The position numbers were made by a program, and so were the translations under genes. The notes beneath the pieces were generated by a model that did not search any database, was not told the origin of the DNA, and saw only the letters and a list, made by a program, of their open reading frames with translations. A DNA stretch of 64,000 bases from assembly GCA_964016885.1 (NCBI GenBank), contig OZ024745.1, positions 57,226,001 through 57,290,000 on the forward strand, written 5' to 3'. Origin of the DNA: Eledone cirrhosa (lineage: Eukaryota). Of the stretch, positions 61,690 to 64,000 are shown piece after piece (positions within the stretch are counted from its first letter, which is position 1; each line of letters opens with the position of its first letter).

Positions 61690-64000
61690 GCCCTTATCCT
61701 AGAACTTTGAAGGAGAGAACATACATGCACTTAATTGCAAAAGCATATTGAAGTTGTTCACATTCTGTTACGAACAGAGAAAAATAGCATTCATATTAAG
61801 AGTTGGCTGGATAGAGCTTTTGATGTCCGTTTGAAACAGATGAGTGTCGAAAGAATAAGCTTCGACAGAACAGGATACCTCTTCAAATAAAATTATCCTA
61901 CAATATATAGAACATGAAAAAAGTTCACCCCGTGGCTTCTGGTTATTATCGAAGTGCAATATAAGCAACTGATCAGTACCAAAGTAGCAATAGTGTATAG
62001 TTTGACAGATGTGGAGAAACCCGTATTTAATGGTAGTTACATTTTTTAGCTATTGCTGGAACGTTTTGTCTCCTGTTTGAGAAAGGAGGGTACATAATAA
62101 ATATTTCTTTCTTTTTGAGAAAATAGAGTCAGGATAGCAATTCTAATATTGAAAATATACCTTCAAATCGGTAGAGAGTCGGACGCCATGCTTTCCAGCA
62201 TAGTTACGTCCCTTTACGGTCTGAGTTCAAATCCCGCCGAGGTTCACTTTGCCTTTCATCCTTACGGGGTTGATAAAATAGAGTACCAGTAATGTACTGG
62301 TTTATTGCTGACCGTGTGCCAAAAGTAGAAACAATTATTATAAAGGTTACATTAATATATTTTACATAATGCATCTATGAATTTTAGTAATTATACGTAC
62401 GAAACTGAAATGCAGTTTTGCGTTACCTGTTGTGGAAAACTCTTTGCAGGAGAATAAATGATAAATTTCTTTAGTTTTGAAAAATATGGTTATTCGTTAG
62501 GTGGGCTTAATGAAAATATTCCCAGGTTATATGTTTATGTGGGGAAAATATTTATTATGGTAGCGAGTTATGAAGTGTAGCGATCACAGTATCCTGAGGT
62601 GTATTGGACCAATTTAATTACATTTTCCTGTCCCTTGATTTAATTTTTTTGTTTGTCGATTCAGTATCAGAGATATTTAAAGAATTCTCTTCGTTTTTTA
62701 GTTTGTTTTACAATTTTTCGCTTATATTATTTTCAAAATACCATAATATTTTGATTGACATTTGAATCTTTTTCTATTTTATGGAAATTTTCCTATTATC
62801 CTTACATCCGTCTTTTACTAATTACATTTCATTTCATTATTTTCTTCAATCTTTTAATATATTTCCGCAATTTCCGCTAATATTCATTAACGCATGATCT
62901 AATGACAGCCATATTTGTAAGCCAGCTATCACATTGGCAGGTAAGTATATTTCATGATTTTACATGTTATATTTTCTATCTTTTCAAATTTACAATTTCT
63001 TTTCTATAAATATTTGAAGTGGTTCGTTTTATCTTCTTAATTATTTATTGTTTATGACAACTAATTACGTCTCTGAAGAAGTTTAGCAAATATTTTGCTG
63101 AAACATTGTATTGACCAAGCCTATAGTTACTCAATTACTCCATTATAAATATATAGTGCAATCTCATACTACGATCTATTGATTAGAAAAAAAATGGTTA
63201 TTATTGAAGCACAATATAAGCAACTGATCAGTGCCTAAGTGGTGAATACCTGTGGATGTTAATATTGCCGACAACATCTGAACGTTTCTGCTGAATAGTA
63301 TGCAAAGTGGAAAACCAAGTTATACTCAAGGAATGTCTTTCCGGTAGGAGAAAAAAAGGTATCTTCCAGGGGGACTCTTTCTCACTACTTGTTATAGTAC
63401 TGATACCTACAACACTCTCAAGTATAAAAATAAAAATGGGTATCTAAAGTTTAAAGCAAGGACAATTCATAGACCAGCTTTTCTGTAAGGATGACGTTAA
63501 ATGTTTGTGAAGTCTGAAAACCAAATAGACTTATTGGTTAAAACATTCCAGATATATAATAGTGACATCGGTATGGAATTTGAGATTTCCACTTCTGTGT
63601 ACTCAACAGAAAGGTGTGAAGAAAGCAGCCTGTAGTGGATTATGACTGCCATTGGAAGAAATTATGAGAAAACCAGCATATGGTGGCTATAAATATGTGG
63701 ATCGGAGAGCTAGATAATAATTTGCACGCAGAATTGAATGAAAAGTTGAGAGGGATATATTTAAAAAGAGTAAAAATTATTTTTAAATCCAGCTTGAATG
63801 CGAGACATGTGGTCACTGAATTGATTATCTTGGCAGTTACAGTGGATAGATACAGCGCATCGATTCTCAGATTGAATAAAGAAGAAATATCAAAATAGGA
63901 CAGAAAGACGAGAAATGTAATGCCATTATACGGAGCTTTACACCCTAAAACAAATATACATGAAGAGAAAAAACGGTGATAGATCCCTCATGAGTACGTA
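61690..64000 (+). pseudogene. Decayed R4/Dong-like non-LTR RT, interrupted at 61986-63194
   Basis: GIFQGDS (63358), DD.K (63490), SDIGMEF, RYSA, DRKTR, GALHPK; upstream ILKLFT and EQ..CRK-like remnants at 61740-61900. Confidence 0.75.
62168..62338 (+). mobile_element. tRNA-derived SINE (same family as 2118)
   Basis: ctgagttcaaatcccgccgaggttcactttgcctttcatccttacggggttgataaaata. Confidence 0.9.

Overview
Eukaryotic, AT-rich, microsatellite-dense intergenic or intronic DNA. The SINE and repeat vocabulary looks cephalopod (Octopus-like); this is inferred from memory of similar repeats. No intact host gene is evident, and most ORFs in the track are (TA)n/(CA)n artefacts. The window is dominated by Penelope-like retroelements (PLEs; RT plus C-terminal GIY-YIG) of at least three lineages, all truncated or frameshifted. 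About 20 type I hammerhead ribozyme (HHR) motifs or half-motifs can be read by eye, mostly in PLE pseudo-LTRs (pLTRs). Many of these insertions are fold-backs (60 bp to 6 kb) embedded in (TA)n, and in the short ones the fold apex lies in or near the ribozyme. Some HHRs carry unusually long stem II inserts. Also present are decayed RTE-like, CRE-like, R4/Dong-like and probable Tx1/L1 LINEs, a decayed hAT transposase, an apparently complete non-autonomous Helitron and several tRNA-derived SINEs. All alignments and folds were done manually, so coordinates are approximate.
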